NCBI GenBank assembly: GCA_977020255.1
Contig: CDROCS010002078.1
Coordinates: 124,001 to 188,000 of the forward strand
Origin: Obrimoposthia wandeli
Taxonomy: Eukaryota
Length of the DNA stretch: 64,000 bases
Direction of reading: 5' to 3'
In this document: positions 22,301 through 30,708 of the stretch, in pieces
Layout: the number at the start of each line of letters is the position of its first letter
How positions within the stretch are numbered: position 1 is the first letter of the stretch
Translations under genes and position numbers: made by a program
Notes under the pieces: generated by a model
Seen by the model: the letters and a program-made list of their open reading frames with translations, nothing else
Told to the model about the DNA's origin: nothing
Databases searched by the model: none

Positions 22301-25299
22301 ATCTAAGCATTGGACAGTTAGCAGCGTCATTAGAGCAGTATAGTGCAGAGAGGAATGAAGATATCAGAGGTGATATGAATTCGGAAACTCCAAGTAGTAA
22401 AGATATACTTACGGGAATTCTCAGGCAAGTGAAGCCGAAGTTGTTCAAAATGTATAGAGATGAAACAACCGATATAACAGACAATTTGACTAAAGCAGTC
22501 AGATCACAGATGTCTGCAGTAAAGAGAATGACCGCGAATCATGTATACCATGCATCAATAGATAGATTTTATGACGGTGAAGTTTTAGCGAGATTATGTG
22601 GAAACCAGACTACAAATAAAAAGTTAATTACAGCGATCACATATCTATGTTTCCAATTGACGGAACGAACGAGCCAACCTCACGAAGTCAAACAAGGAAT
22701 AAATGAAGCAATGTATTTGATAGAGAATGTATTACAGAGACGAATTGACGAAAATGGAGGTTGGGCAAAATTAAGTGACTATGCTAAAACCATTGTGGAA
22801 ATGAATGAAGACGATGACGAACAATGTCATGAGAATCGTCAAAAGGAAAATAAACAATACCGTCCGAAAGAGAGAAACAATCAACCAAATATGTCCACAA
22901 CAATGATGATGATGATGTTAGTAATGTTCATGGGAATGCAACAGGCATCAGGATTGATAGCATATGACTGTAGCATACCAAAGATGGGACAAAAGTATTC
23001 ACTGCTCGACAGCGAAGACTGCCCAGAGTCACAACCGTCAAAATTAGAAGTTAAAGGTGTTGAAAACTACTTTGTGTATCAGGATGTTGATAAAGTACAA
23101 GTAGAAGTGAAAGAATGTTCAATCCATTCAAGTTATCACGAATTCTATTGTGGCCATAGAAGTTTTATGTCGGAAATCACACCTACCACACCGTACAAGG
23201 CACATAAGGTTTTGCCGAGAGATTGCGAAGACGCATTTCGAACGGGAACAATAGAGGTAGACAAGAATTACAAACCTGAAGTAAAAATTGGAGTGAGACG
23301 ATACGAAACAGTCACGAGAGTCGGACAACGATGGGCCGATGGATCCTGTGACGGAGAAACAAAAAACGTGCGTGGAACCAAAGTATCTGAGTTAGTAATG
23401 GACGTAACTTACAAAATCGAATTAAAAACATGGACCGCCAATTTTGATAAAAAGACACAACTAATGATGAAGTATCCAGAATGTAAAATGACAGATACAT
23501 CTTGTTTTACAGGCGAATCCACAATTGTGTATCAAATAAATCCGAAGCAATGCTCTTTAGTATTTTTGAAAGAGATTAGTTTTAATAAAATAAAAGGGTT
23601 CCTGTATAATAAAGATGGAGAAGGGTTCCTGTATAATAAAGTTGGAAAAGGATTGCTAAATGAAACAAGACCAATTCCAATGACAAAGACACCTACACTG
23701 TTAATGGCAACATCAATAGAAGAAGGATTGATATTTATTAAAAAGAGAAACAAAGCGCGATGCGGAATGACTGTTAGTACCACAAACTATCCAGGAATAG
23801 TTTTGTCTAAAGAAGCAATAGCATTGGCAGAAACCAAGCTAAAACCAAAAGATATGCAGCTACACACGTATTTTAATAATAAAATTGATTTCTATTATCA
23901 TAAAGGATTGATGCAAATGGAACAGTTATATCGGATGATGATCGAAAGAGATTGCCAGCTAAACAAAGAGATCGTAAGAACAAAGTTAGCATTAGCTATT
24001 ACGAATCCAGACATGGTAGCACCATTATTACCCTTGGATGAAGGAGTATTTGCTAAAACCATGGGAGAAGTATTGTATACTTACAAGTGTAATAAAGTAG
24101 AGGTACAGTTGAGAAAAACAGATCGATGTACGAGTGAATTGGCAGTAACGTATAATTTAAAAGATCTTTTTGTTGAACCAATCACGAGAATGTTACTTCC
24201 AAAAGACACTCCAACTAAAGAAATCAGCTGCTCTAATATAATGGCACCTGAATATCAGATGACGAATAATCTATGGATAACGTTACCTGATCGGAAGCCA
24301 ACGACAACCCCAGCGATGATAAGAATGACGAATCTTAAAGGTAAAATGAAATTCCAAGCGGTGGAAAATATGGAGAACGCAGGATTGTACAATGAAAAAG
24401 ATTTAAAAGCGGCGTGGAACGAAATAATGTTTCCAGTAAGAAGAGCCAGAGTACTTACGGAGAGTGTACATCGAGCATTACCACCAGGAGCGAGATATGC
24501 GAATTTCGATATGTTATTATCGCCAAGTCATTTCAAGGAAGCAGCACATCAGACACTTAGAAAGATGTGGGGGAAATTCCTTGTTTTAGGACAATTATTT
24601 TCGGGTATCATAGGTATTTATGTTATAATTAAATTTGTGCAGGTAATTATAGCCCAGGTGTTGTCTACGTATAGTTTATACAGGATAACCGGAATCACCT
24701 GGCAACTTATAATTGGATGTTTTCCATTTTTAGCAAAATATCTAATGCACCATCATCACGAGAACGAGTTGCGAGCCCTCAAGAAGGAACAACACCAAAC
24801 AAGAACCATGATGCGAGAACCAAGAAACTATCGAGACGATAACGACGACGATAATGATAGTCCAGAAGTATATGCAAAGATACCAGGAAAACCAAAGATT
24901 CCGTTACCAGACAAGGAAGAAGTGGCGTTAAACCTATATCCAATGAAGGAACTAAAGGAGGAGAAGGAAAAGTTCAAGAGAGGCATCTTAATGATAAGAT
25001 GGCCTAAAGTGAGCTACAGTGAAATTCCACAAGCAGAGGAAAAAGACAAAAAAGATAATTCCAGAAGAATTCTAAAGTCTAGGATATCAAATGAGAATCC
25101 ATATGCTCCACCACAAGTAGCAGTAACATTGAACGAAAGAGAATATCTTGCCGAAGTTGATACCGGATCTGCAGTATCAGTACTGAGTAAAGAAATCTTG
25201 TCATCAAAAGAATTAAGAGAAGTATGTCCTAGAAAACAGACATTTGTTAACGTGAATGGTACAGATGTAGTGTCGGAAGGAACACTAAAATGTTCATAG
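19351..25299 (+). CDS. gag: Polyprotein segment 1 (1,982 aa): Gag CA/NC - Ubl - AT-hook - Bcl-2-like - chuvirus-like glycoprotein - N-terminal half of aspartic protease 1
   Basis: Gag capsid motifs (ITKFKGD...GWNDKEK...LTGLA...W..LENAF; RKQ..DEGVNEY...LAARAYP). CCHC knuckle CYTCKQMGHYSRDC at 20569-20610. DTG at 25159-25167. Ends at a TAG in mid-protease; the frame is also open without ATG from 18946. Confidence 0.95.
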   Translation: MAHPGAQADINAGNNVGEMNAEQLARALNATLRPNFSGSLQITKFKGDEESICDFLAEYSSCADVQGWNDKEKCVRVQAHLTGLALEVYKHLTEAERLDWPTLENAFIGKLVLGDLAKVNKRLMRERKQKHDEGVNEYAYVLRTLAARAYPRRIMRNQDGNPVAPEAQAAENDRNQNEMAEVLLDIFRGGLKKDIKVLLAVSDTNDFDNAVRKAREIEKNIKNNAALAIYAMTAGDDDKTKVFVNKTEPSNFQNRNYGQNKFEKVDESSNGNRDNFRSRNRDDSRGRNNSESWNRNRDDSRGRNNNDSWNRNRDDSRNRFNRDNSGNRQPWRGDDRNYNANRGERSDSRFGNNTGNSDGRFNNRGSGFELNFRRNDFRGRYDNRQNSRRVQFEDEQNKIDIRGRIMCYTCKQMGHYSRDCTRSKEFGTNRFGNNNFGNNNFGNNYRGYNSPPPWNRGGGYTPQPWRLNNQYTDRQQSPGRYNNYADRQQGAERYNNYVGQQGAERYNNSGRYNNNNNVDKTNSRESSPKPKGNFSYVSDDSDRNRETELRREIDFEDSDSKFERMLGIIKDSPHTKMANSSTLSKQEKSLHSREEMNDLMNRILEAYETPIEKTCNAQPMTDHVEAARNATSMENVKKIISEAKETLNQPLDETSEAPEVLAKLQTIKVHRLEEVRAELVKHSHDNLGYKEVPRGLLKGYGRYVQRSNQKGTMKISLRLISGQIIHEKLNVYQTMKTIRKKLAEKLEIDGMNMLFHYKGRSLDDEDVPVEFGYPIGNELEEKIDVITVGRQELVDNEGLTEILNSALEMIKTPIEILDSSSESGDNDVAEAWNKTSTPEPYVAELQDVELENELTTPVVEVPPEPEIIQTRQDEVTDTANQVRQSETVTQLVGEDEVSEIVDLDSPIWHAAYKDRQAEQMMRQNEEIGHEEGPSQEIQYNDETYDPGENQAEYQYFRRGPGRPRKGKSILRNVLTAPQTDEERHLSIGQLAASLEQYSAERNEDIRGDMNSETPSSKDILTGILRQVKPKLFKMYRDETTDITDNLTKAVRSQMSAVKRMTANHVYHASIDRFYDGEVLARLCGNQTTNKKLITAITYLCFQLTERTSQPHEVKQGINEAMYLIENVLQRRIDENGGWAKLSDYAKTIVEMNEDDDEQCHENRQKENKQYRPKERNNQPNMSTTMMMMMLVMFMGMQQASGLIAYDCSIPKMGQKYSLLDSEDCPESQPSKLEVKGVENYFVYQDVDKVQVEVKECSIHSSYHEFYCGHRSFMSEITPTTPYKAHKVLPRDCEDAFRTGTIEVDKNYKPEVKIGVRRYETVTRVGQRWADGSCDGETKNVRGTKVSELVMDVTYKIELKTWTANFDKKTQLMMKYPECKMTDTSCFTGESTIVYQINPKQCSLVFLKEISFNKIKGFLYNKDGEGFLYNKVGKGLLNETRPIPMTKTPTLLMATSIEEGLIFIKKRNKARCGMTVSTTNYPGIVLSKEAIALAETKLKPKDMQLHTYFNNKIDFYYHKGLMQMEQLYRMMIERDCQLNKEIVRTKLALAITNPDMVAPLLPLDEGVFAKTMGEVLYTYKCNKVEVQLRKTDRCTSELAVTYNLKDLFVEPITRMLLPKDTPTKEISCSNIMAPEYQMTNNLWITLPDRKPTTTPAMIRMTNLKGKMKFQAVENMENAGLYNEKDLKAAWNEIMFPVRRARVLTESVHRALPPGARYANFDMLLSPSHFKEAAHQTLRKMWGKFLVLGQLFSGIIGIYVIIKFVQVIIAQVLSTYSLYRITGITWQLIIGCFPFLAKYLMHHHHENELRALKKEQHQTRTMMREPRNYRDDNDDDNDSPEVYAKIPGKPKIPLPDKEEVALNLYPMKELKEEKEKFKRGILMIRWPKVSYSEIPQAEEKDKKDNSRRILKSRISNENPYAPPQVAVTLNEREYLAEVDTGSAVSVLSKEILSSKELREVCPRKQTFVNVNGTDVVSEGTLKCS
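21487..21717 (+). other. Ubiquitin/SUMO-like domain within segment 1
   Basis: MKISLRLISGQIIHEKLNVYQTMKTIRKKLAEKLEIDGMNMLFHYKGRSLDDEDVPVEFGY...IDVITVG (77 aa). Follows the beta-grasp pattern and the SUMO-like F.Y.G..L.D...P.E.G...IDV pattern; no terminal GG. Confidence 0.75.
22290..22790 (+). other. Putative Bcl-2-like helical domain
   Basis: YLIENVLQRRIDENGGWAKL resembles the BH2 helix (cf. YL...L..WIQENGGW..F). Upstream is a weak BH1-like segment, and a hydrophobic stretch follows. Confidence 0.5.
22891..24744 (+). other. env: Env-like glycoprotein of chuvirus G / class III type with internal signal peptide and TM
   Basis: Signal peptide MSTTMMMMMLVMFMGMQQASG, then LIAYDC...SLL...C...FYCGHRS...G...DGSCDG...YFNNKIDF...DCQL...LA..NP...GEVLYTYKC..VEV..R....C..EL.V...F.EP.TR.L...ISC, then WGKF..LG....G.IG plus hydrophobic TM. 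This follows the recalled chuvirus glycoprotein cysteine and motif pattern. Confidence 0.85.
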
Positions 25300-27732
25300 A
25301 ATATCGATGGAAGAGCATTGCAGTTAAATGCTAGAATATTCACAGATTGCGGAAGTCCAGTCATGATTGGGATGGACGTAATAAGAATGTTTGAAGGAAT
25401 AATTATACTACCAAACAACAAGAGTTGTAAGAATGACAGTTCAGTGAGAGAGATAAAAATGTTGAGAGGACCTATAGTCGAAAAGGAAAAATGCACTACG
25501 TTCCGTATGGGAGGTTCGTACCCAGACAGAAAACAGGAAGCGCTAGCAAAGTCGATACTTCACTACAAAAATGTAAATTTCGGACCACAAGATACGACGA
25601 GGAGAAAAATAACATATGTGAATCTGTCAGAAAGGGATCCCATGAGATTCGAGAGAAAGAGACGAAATATATTAGAACAGTACTATTCAAAAGGAATGGC
25701 ACGTAAAATGGCAAGATCAGGTTTAGAAATGCTAAACGCGACAAGTAGTTATGGTCATGAGATAGTAGTACGATGCGTATGGTGTAGAGTAAAGTTTAGA
25801 GAATGGGAAAAGAATGAAAACCCAATGAGACGTCATAAAAGAGATGCACCAAATTGTCCTTTTCTTTTGAAACTAAAAACGTCAAACGTACCAGAAATCC
25901 AAACGGGAAAAGCACCCGATTTCGATTACAGTGACGGGATTCCGAAAGGAGAATCAGCTCTAATAGCAGGAAGAGTAATAACGAATAGTCGAATTGAAGA
26001 TATATTCGAAGTTATGCGAGAAGTGATCGAATGTGACGAACAGTATCGAGAAATAACTTTCGAAGACCCAAGACTTAAAAAATTGGCAAAAAAGGGACTT
26101 TTTGCTATAAAAAAGGATGGTAAAGACGTAATTAAATGCCACAAGTGTAAAAAAGAACGAATTATCGACAGATATACTCTTGAGCTACCTAAGAAAATTT
26201 TACATCATGAATTTTGCGAATTTTGTACTTTTAAAAATAAAATAAAGCAAAAAGAACAGAAAACCGAATGTATAATCGAATATCAGATCACACGGAAAGA
26301 GATTTTGGCTCAACAAGACACACCGGTAGTGTCATTCGTGAGAAGATTATATCCAAAAGAAGCAGAAAGAATCAGAGAATTGGTAGAATTAAAAATAAAA
26401 ACTACGCGAAACGGATACGGATCGATTTTTGAATTACTGCGAGATAAAGATGACAGTACAATTGAAACAAAAGAGAAAGAGTACATAAATGAACTAGAAT
26501 ACGTACTAGAAGATCCGGAATGCGCAGTTTGCATGGTCAACAAAATAGAAGTTGCCTTTCTACCATGCGGACATGTAAGAACATGTCGGAGATGTGCAAA
26601 TGAAATGGTATCATGTCCAATTTGTCGAAGAATAATAGATCGACAAGTGAGAAACATTAGATTTCACTATCCAAACATAGGAAGTGGACTGACAGAGTGT
26701 AATAATTCGATAAATACAATATACCATATGGGAAACATAAATGGAGCACAGCGACCAGCAGCTATCATTAGAGTAAATAATTTAAGTGTAAAAGCCTTAA
26801 TTGATACAGGTGCTGTAGCTTCGATAGTAAGTGAAGACTGTTTGACAGAGGAACAGAAACGAACAATGGCAGAACCAGATGAATTCTTGGTATCGGTCAA
26901 TGGAGACCTTGTAAAAGTGACGGGAATATTACCATGTACATTTATAATAGGACGTAATACGATCACTATACCAGTTAGAATCATGAAAGAATGTCCTGAA
27001 CCTACAATTTTAGGAATGGATGTACTATCACAACTTAAAGGGATAAGTATTGATTTACAAGATCCAAGATTGAAGGATAGCACATCAAATAGACAAATAA
27101 ACCAAATTAATGTAATTATAGAGAATCCTATAAAAATCGGTAAAAGATCGCAATTTCTTATTCAAGGTCACACATTATCAGAAGATAAAGGACCAGTTGT
27201 GTTCGAACCATCACGAGATTTCATAGAGAAATACGAATTACCAGTTGTGAGTACAGTATGCCTGATCGAAAACCACAAAATACCAGTTAGACTGATGAAT
27301 ACAACCAACAATGACATTCTATTATACAGAGGAATGAGGTTGGGAAAGATAGCACAGATGGAGAATCCCACCGTGTGTGCTATGAAACTCGATAAAGATA
27401 CGAATGATTACGAAGAAATAGTAATCCAATCAGAAAGACTGACAACTAGAGAAAAGAAACAATTACTTGATCTAATACATAAATTTCCGAAAGTAATTGC
27501 AAAAAACCCATATGACATAGGAGAAACACCTGTCATAAAACATACAATACCACTGACAGAAGACAAAGTAGTCAGAAGAAGACCATATCGAGTACCATTA
27601 CAGTTACAAGATGAAGTAAAAAGTCAGATCGAAGATATGTCTAAAACAGGAGTAATTAGACCGAGTTTTTCGCCATTCTCAGCACCTGTGGTGTTGGTAA
27701 AAAAGAAGGATGGGAAAATGATGGGAAAATGA
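25300..27732 (+). CDS. Polyprotein segment 2: rest of protease 1 - BIR - BIR-like - RING (IAP) - protease 2 - N-terminal part of RT
   Basis: Same frame as segment 1 after the TAG (track ORF 25318-27732). BIR CVWC-x16-H-x6-C (25774-25857); second BIR-like LAKKGLF...KDVIKCHKC; IAP-type RING CAVC...PCGH..C..C...CPIC (26521-26628); DTG at 26803; ILGMD. Confidence 0.93.
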   Translation, partial: NIDGRALQLNARIFTDCGSPVMIGMDVIRMFEGIIILPNNKSCKNDSSVREIKMLRGPIVEKEKCTTFRMGGSYPDRKQEALAKSILHYKNVNFGPQDTTRRKITYVNLSERDPMRFERKRRNILEQYYSKGMARKMARSGLEMLNATSSYGHEIVVRCVWCRVKFREWEKNENPMRRHKRDAPNCPFLLKLKTSNVPEIQTGKAPDFDYSDGIPKGESALIAGRVITNSRIEDIFEVMREVIECDEQYREITFEDPRLKKLAKKGLFAIKKDGKDVIKCHKCKKERIIDRYTLELPKKILHHEFCEFCTFKNKIKQKEQKTECIIEYQITRKEILAQQDTPVVSFVRRLYPKEAERIRELVELKIKTTRNGYGSIFELLRDKDDSTIETKEKEYINELEYVLEDPECAVCMVNKIEVAFLPCGHVRTCRRCANEMVSCPICRRIIDRQVRNIRFHYPNIGSGLTECNNSINTIYHMGNINGAQRPAAIIRVNNLSVKALIDTGAVASIVSEDCLTEEQKRTMAEPDEFLVSVNGDLVKVTGILPCTFIIGRNTITIPVRIMKECPEPTILGMDVLSQLKGISIDLQDPRLKDSTSNRQINQINVIIENPIKIGKRSQFLIQGHTLSEDKGPVVFEPSRDFIEKYELPVVSTVCLIENHKIPVRLMNTTNNDILLYRGMRLGKIAQMENPTVCAMKLDKDTNDYEEIVIQSERLTTREKKQLLDLIHKFPKVIAKNPYDIGETPVIKHTIPLTEDKVVRRRPYRVPLQLQDEVKSQIEDMSKTGVIRPSFSPFSAPVVLVKKKDGKMMGK

Positions 27733-29984
27733 GATTCTGTATAGATTTCAGAGAACTGAACAAGATCACAAGAAAAGATGTGTATCCATTACCTAGAATC
27801 GAAGAGATGCTCGATAAATTGGGTAATTCAGATTATTTTACAACATTGGATTTGCAGAGTGGATACTGGCAAATCGAGATAGAGGAAGAGGATAAACACA
27901 AAACAGCCTTTTCCTGTGGAGATGGATTATACGAATGCGAAAAGATGCCATTTGGACTGACAGGAGCTCCAGCAACATTTCAGCGTTGCATGAATTTTGT
28001 ACTCGCATCGTGTGCAAACACGATGGTTTATATTGATGACATAATAATATTTTCGAAAACGTTCGAAGAACATTTAAAAAATCTTGAAGTTGTATTTAAA
28101 AGACTGGAAAACGCTAAATTAAAAGTTAAACCTACAAAATGCGAATGGGCTAAAGAGCGAGTAACATTTTTAGGACATATAGTATCGAAAGAAGGCATTC
28201 GACCTGATCCAGCGAAGATCGAGAAAGTAAAAGCGCATTTAGCGCCAAAGACTGTTAAAGAGATACAGAGTTTTTTAGGTCTTGCGAATTATTATAGACG
28301 ATTTGTTGAACATTTTTCAGATATAGCAACACCATTGAGAAAGTTGACGAGGAAAGATGAGAAGTTCATATGGGGAGAAGAAGCCCAACAAGCGTTCGAG
28401 CATTTAAAAGAAAGACTGATAAAAGCACCAATATTAGCGTTTCCAGATATAAACCGACAATTCATACTCATGACAGATGCAAGTAACTATGCTGTAGGAG
28501 CAGTATTGGGACAAGAGGATGACGAAGGAAGAGAACACGTCATTGCGTATGCGAGTAGAGGATTAAACAGAGCCGAAAGAGTATACTCTGTTATCGAAAA
28601 GGAATGTCTAGCCATAGTGTATTCATGTAGACAGTACAGACACTATTTGCTAGGACAAAAAGTATTCCTGTATACAGATCACAAACCACTACAATTCTTA
28701 TATAAACATAGAGATGAGATGAGTAGATTAAACAGATGGTTTCTAAAATTGGCCGAATTCGATCTAGAAATCCGTTATAGAACCGGAAAGTCGAACGGCA
28801 ACGCAGATTGTTTGTCGAGATTGACAAATGTAGACGAGAAAGGAAACATAATTCCAGAAGAAGATGAAACCAATGATCAAAAAGGAGAAGCAAATCTACT
28901 GACGATTTTGCTAAAAACGGGTAAAATAGACAAAGAGATCATCAAAGAACAGAAAGAAGATGAAGAACTGAGTCTAATCAAAGAATTGTTGGTGAAAGGA
29001 GACCTAAACGATGAAATGACGAAAAAATACTCGATAAAAGAAGGAATCTTGTATATTGTCAATAATGTCGGAAAGATAGTAGTAGTAATTCCGAAGTCAT
29101 TGAAAACAGCAGTGATGATCCAGTATCACGACGGAACACTAGGAGGACATCTGTCAGGGCGAAAGACGATAGCCAGAATCAAAGAGAAGTACCATTGGGA
29201 TGGTATGGAAGACGACATAAAACAATGGTGTAAACAATGTAAAGTATGTTTAACCAGAAAAGACACCGGAACTCGTACTAAAGTTCCGTTGAAACCAATG
29301 CCAGTTCCCTTGGCACCAATGGAATTCACAGCGATGGATATATTGGGACCATTGAGAGAATCAAGTAAAGGAAACAAGTATGTCATAGTATTTACGGATT
29401 ACATGACGAGATGGGTAGAAGCATATCCCATGCAGAACCAGAAAGCTGAAACAATAGCACAAATCTTAGTGGAAGAGATAATATTTCGATATGGAGTGCC
29501 TAGAAAATTGCTAACAGATCAAGGTAAGAACTTCACTGGAGAAGTCATAAAAGCAGTATCGAAGATATTCGGAATCATGAAGTTACAAACTTCACCATAT
29601 CACCCACAGACAGATGGTCTGGTAGAAAGGTTTAATAAAACTTTATGTATGATGGTACAATCCTATTGCTCCGACAAGCAAGAGGATTGGGATAAATATT
29701 TACCTTCATGTTTATATGCTTACAGGAATTCAGTTCGAGAGGCGATGGGTCACACACCATTCTATCTGATGTATCTCAGACAGAACAATATGCCGATGGA
29801 TCTGGAGTGGACCGAGCCAACATCTCAGTATCTAGAAACTGAACAATACATTGTCGTTATGAAGGAAAGGTTACAAGATGCTTGGACCAAAGCCGGATTG
29901 AAGTTGAAATTCAATCAAGAAGGTTACAAGGAACAATACGACAAAAAGCAAAACCACATGAATTTAGAGTCGGAGATCAAGTGA
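27729..29984 (+). CDS. pol: Polyprotein segment 3: RT - RNase H - integrase
   Basis: YIDD (28029-28040); RNase H TDASNYAVG...EKECLAI...TDHKPL; IN HHCC zinc finger, MDILGP, TDQG, HPQTDGLVERFN. Separated from segment 2 by an 11-bp duplication. Confidence 0.97.
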   Translation: MRFCIDFRELNKITRKDVYPLPRIEEMLDKLGNSDYFTTLDLQSGYWQIEIEEEDKHKTAFSCGDGLYECEKMPFGLTGAPATFQRCMNFVLASCANTMVYIDDIIIFSKTFEEHLKNLEVVFKRLENAKLKVKPTKCEWAKERVTFLGHIVSKEGIRPDPAKIEKVKAHLAPKTVKEIQSFLGLANYYRRFVEHFSDIATPLRKLTRKDEKFIWGEEAQQAFEHLKERLIKAPILAFPDINRQFILMTDASNYAVGAVLGQEDDEGREHVIAYASRGLNRAERVYSVIEKECLAIVYSCRQYRHYLLGQKVFLYTDHKPLQFLYKHRDEMSRLNRWFLKLAEFDLEIRYRTGKSNGNADCLSRLTNVDEKGNIIPEEDETNDQKGEANLLTILLKTGKIDKEIIKEQKEDEELSLIKELLVKGDLNDEMTKKYSIKEGILYIVNNVGKIVVVIPKSLKTAVMIQYHDGTLGGHLSGRKTIARIKEKYHWDGMEDDIKQWCKQCKVCLTRKDTGTRTKVPLKPMPVPLAPMEFTAMDILGPLRESSKGNKYVIVFTDYMTRWVEAYPMQNQKAETIAQILVEEIIFRYGVPRKLLTDQGKNFTGEVIKAVSKIFGIMKLQTSPYHPQTDGLVERFNKTLCMMVQSYCSDKQEDWDKYLPSCLYAYRNSVREAMGHTPFYLMYLRQNNMPMDLEWTEPTSQYLETEQYIVVMKERLQDAWTKAGLKLKFNQEGYKEQYDKKQNHMNLESEIK

Positions 29985-30706
29985 TGATATTTTATCCAGT
30001 CATCGAACCAGGTCTATCGTTTAAACTTCATAGACCATACAAAGGACCATACAAGGTGATCCAGACAACCTCAACAAATTTGAAAGTAATCAACGAAGAG
30101 AATCGGAACAAGGAACCGATGATTGTACATGCAAATCGATGCAAATTAGTACCAAATAAAGATAATGCGTCACGATATGAGTTAAGATCACAGAAATCGA
30201 AATCGAATACCAATACCATTAAACTTACACGAATGGTAAGTGATCGGAACTACATAAACATGATGACGAGTGGTAGCGAGAAAAAACCAGCGAGAATTGG
30301 TATGCTCAGAATGAAGTACCAAGAGGAAAAGGAAGTAATCCGACACATCGCACCACAAGAGATATTAGAAGAAGACGAAGAGATAATAGTTGTTTTCGAA
30401 AAAACACAACCAACAGATGTGGCTAAAGAAGTCATTGTGAAAGATGCACTGACAAACGAATTTCTGTGCGAACTTAGAGTGTCATACTACGACGGAAATA
30501 CATTAGTCGCAGCACTTTATCAAAATTCCAATGTGTTTACGACTGAGAAAGTGATAATCGAAATCACATTGACACCAAACATAGTTGCATGGCAGAACTA
30601 TGACAGTACTGAAGCAGGACTAGCCAGTCAGGAAGAGAAGGAACCGGCCGGTGGTCACATACTGCATGGTACACCAAAAGACTCAAACAAGAATACCACG
30701 ATGTAA
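29882..30706 (+). CDS. Polyprotein segment 4: integrase C-terminus (GPY) and beta-rich repeat 1
   Basis: KAKPHEFRVGDQVM...KLHRPYKGPYKV...VHANRCK. Joins segment 3 if one A is added to the run at 29943-29947. Confidence 0.9.
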   Translation: MDQSRIEVEIQSRRLQGTIRQKAKPHEFRVGDQVMIFYPVIEPGLSFKLHRPYKGPYKVIQTTSTNLKVINEENRNKEPMIVHANRCKLVPNKDNASRYELRSQKSKSNTNTIKLTRMVSDRNYINMMTSGSEKKPARIGMLRMKYQEEKEVIRHIAPQEILEEDEEIIVVFEKTQPTDVAKEVIVKDALTNEFLCELRVSYYDGNTLVAALYQNSNVFTTEKVIIEITLTPNIVAWQNYDSTEAGLASQEEKEPAGGHILHGTPKDSNKNTTM

Positions 30707-30708
30707 TA

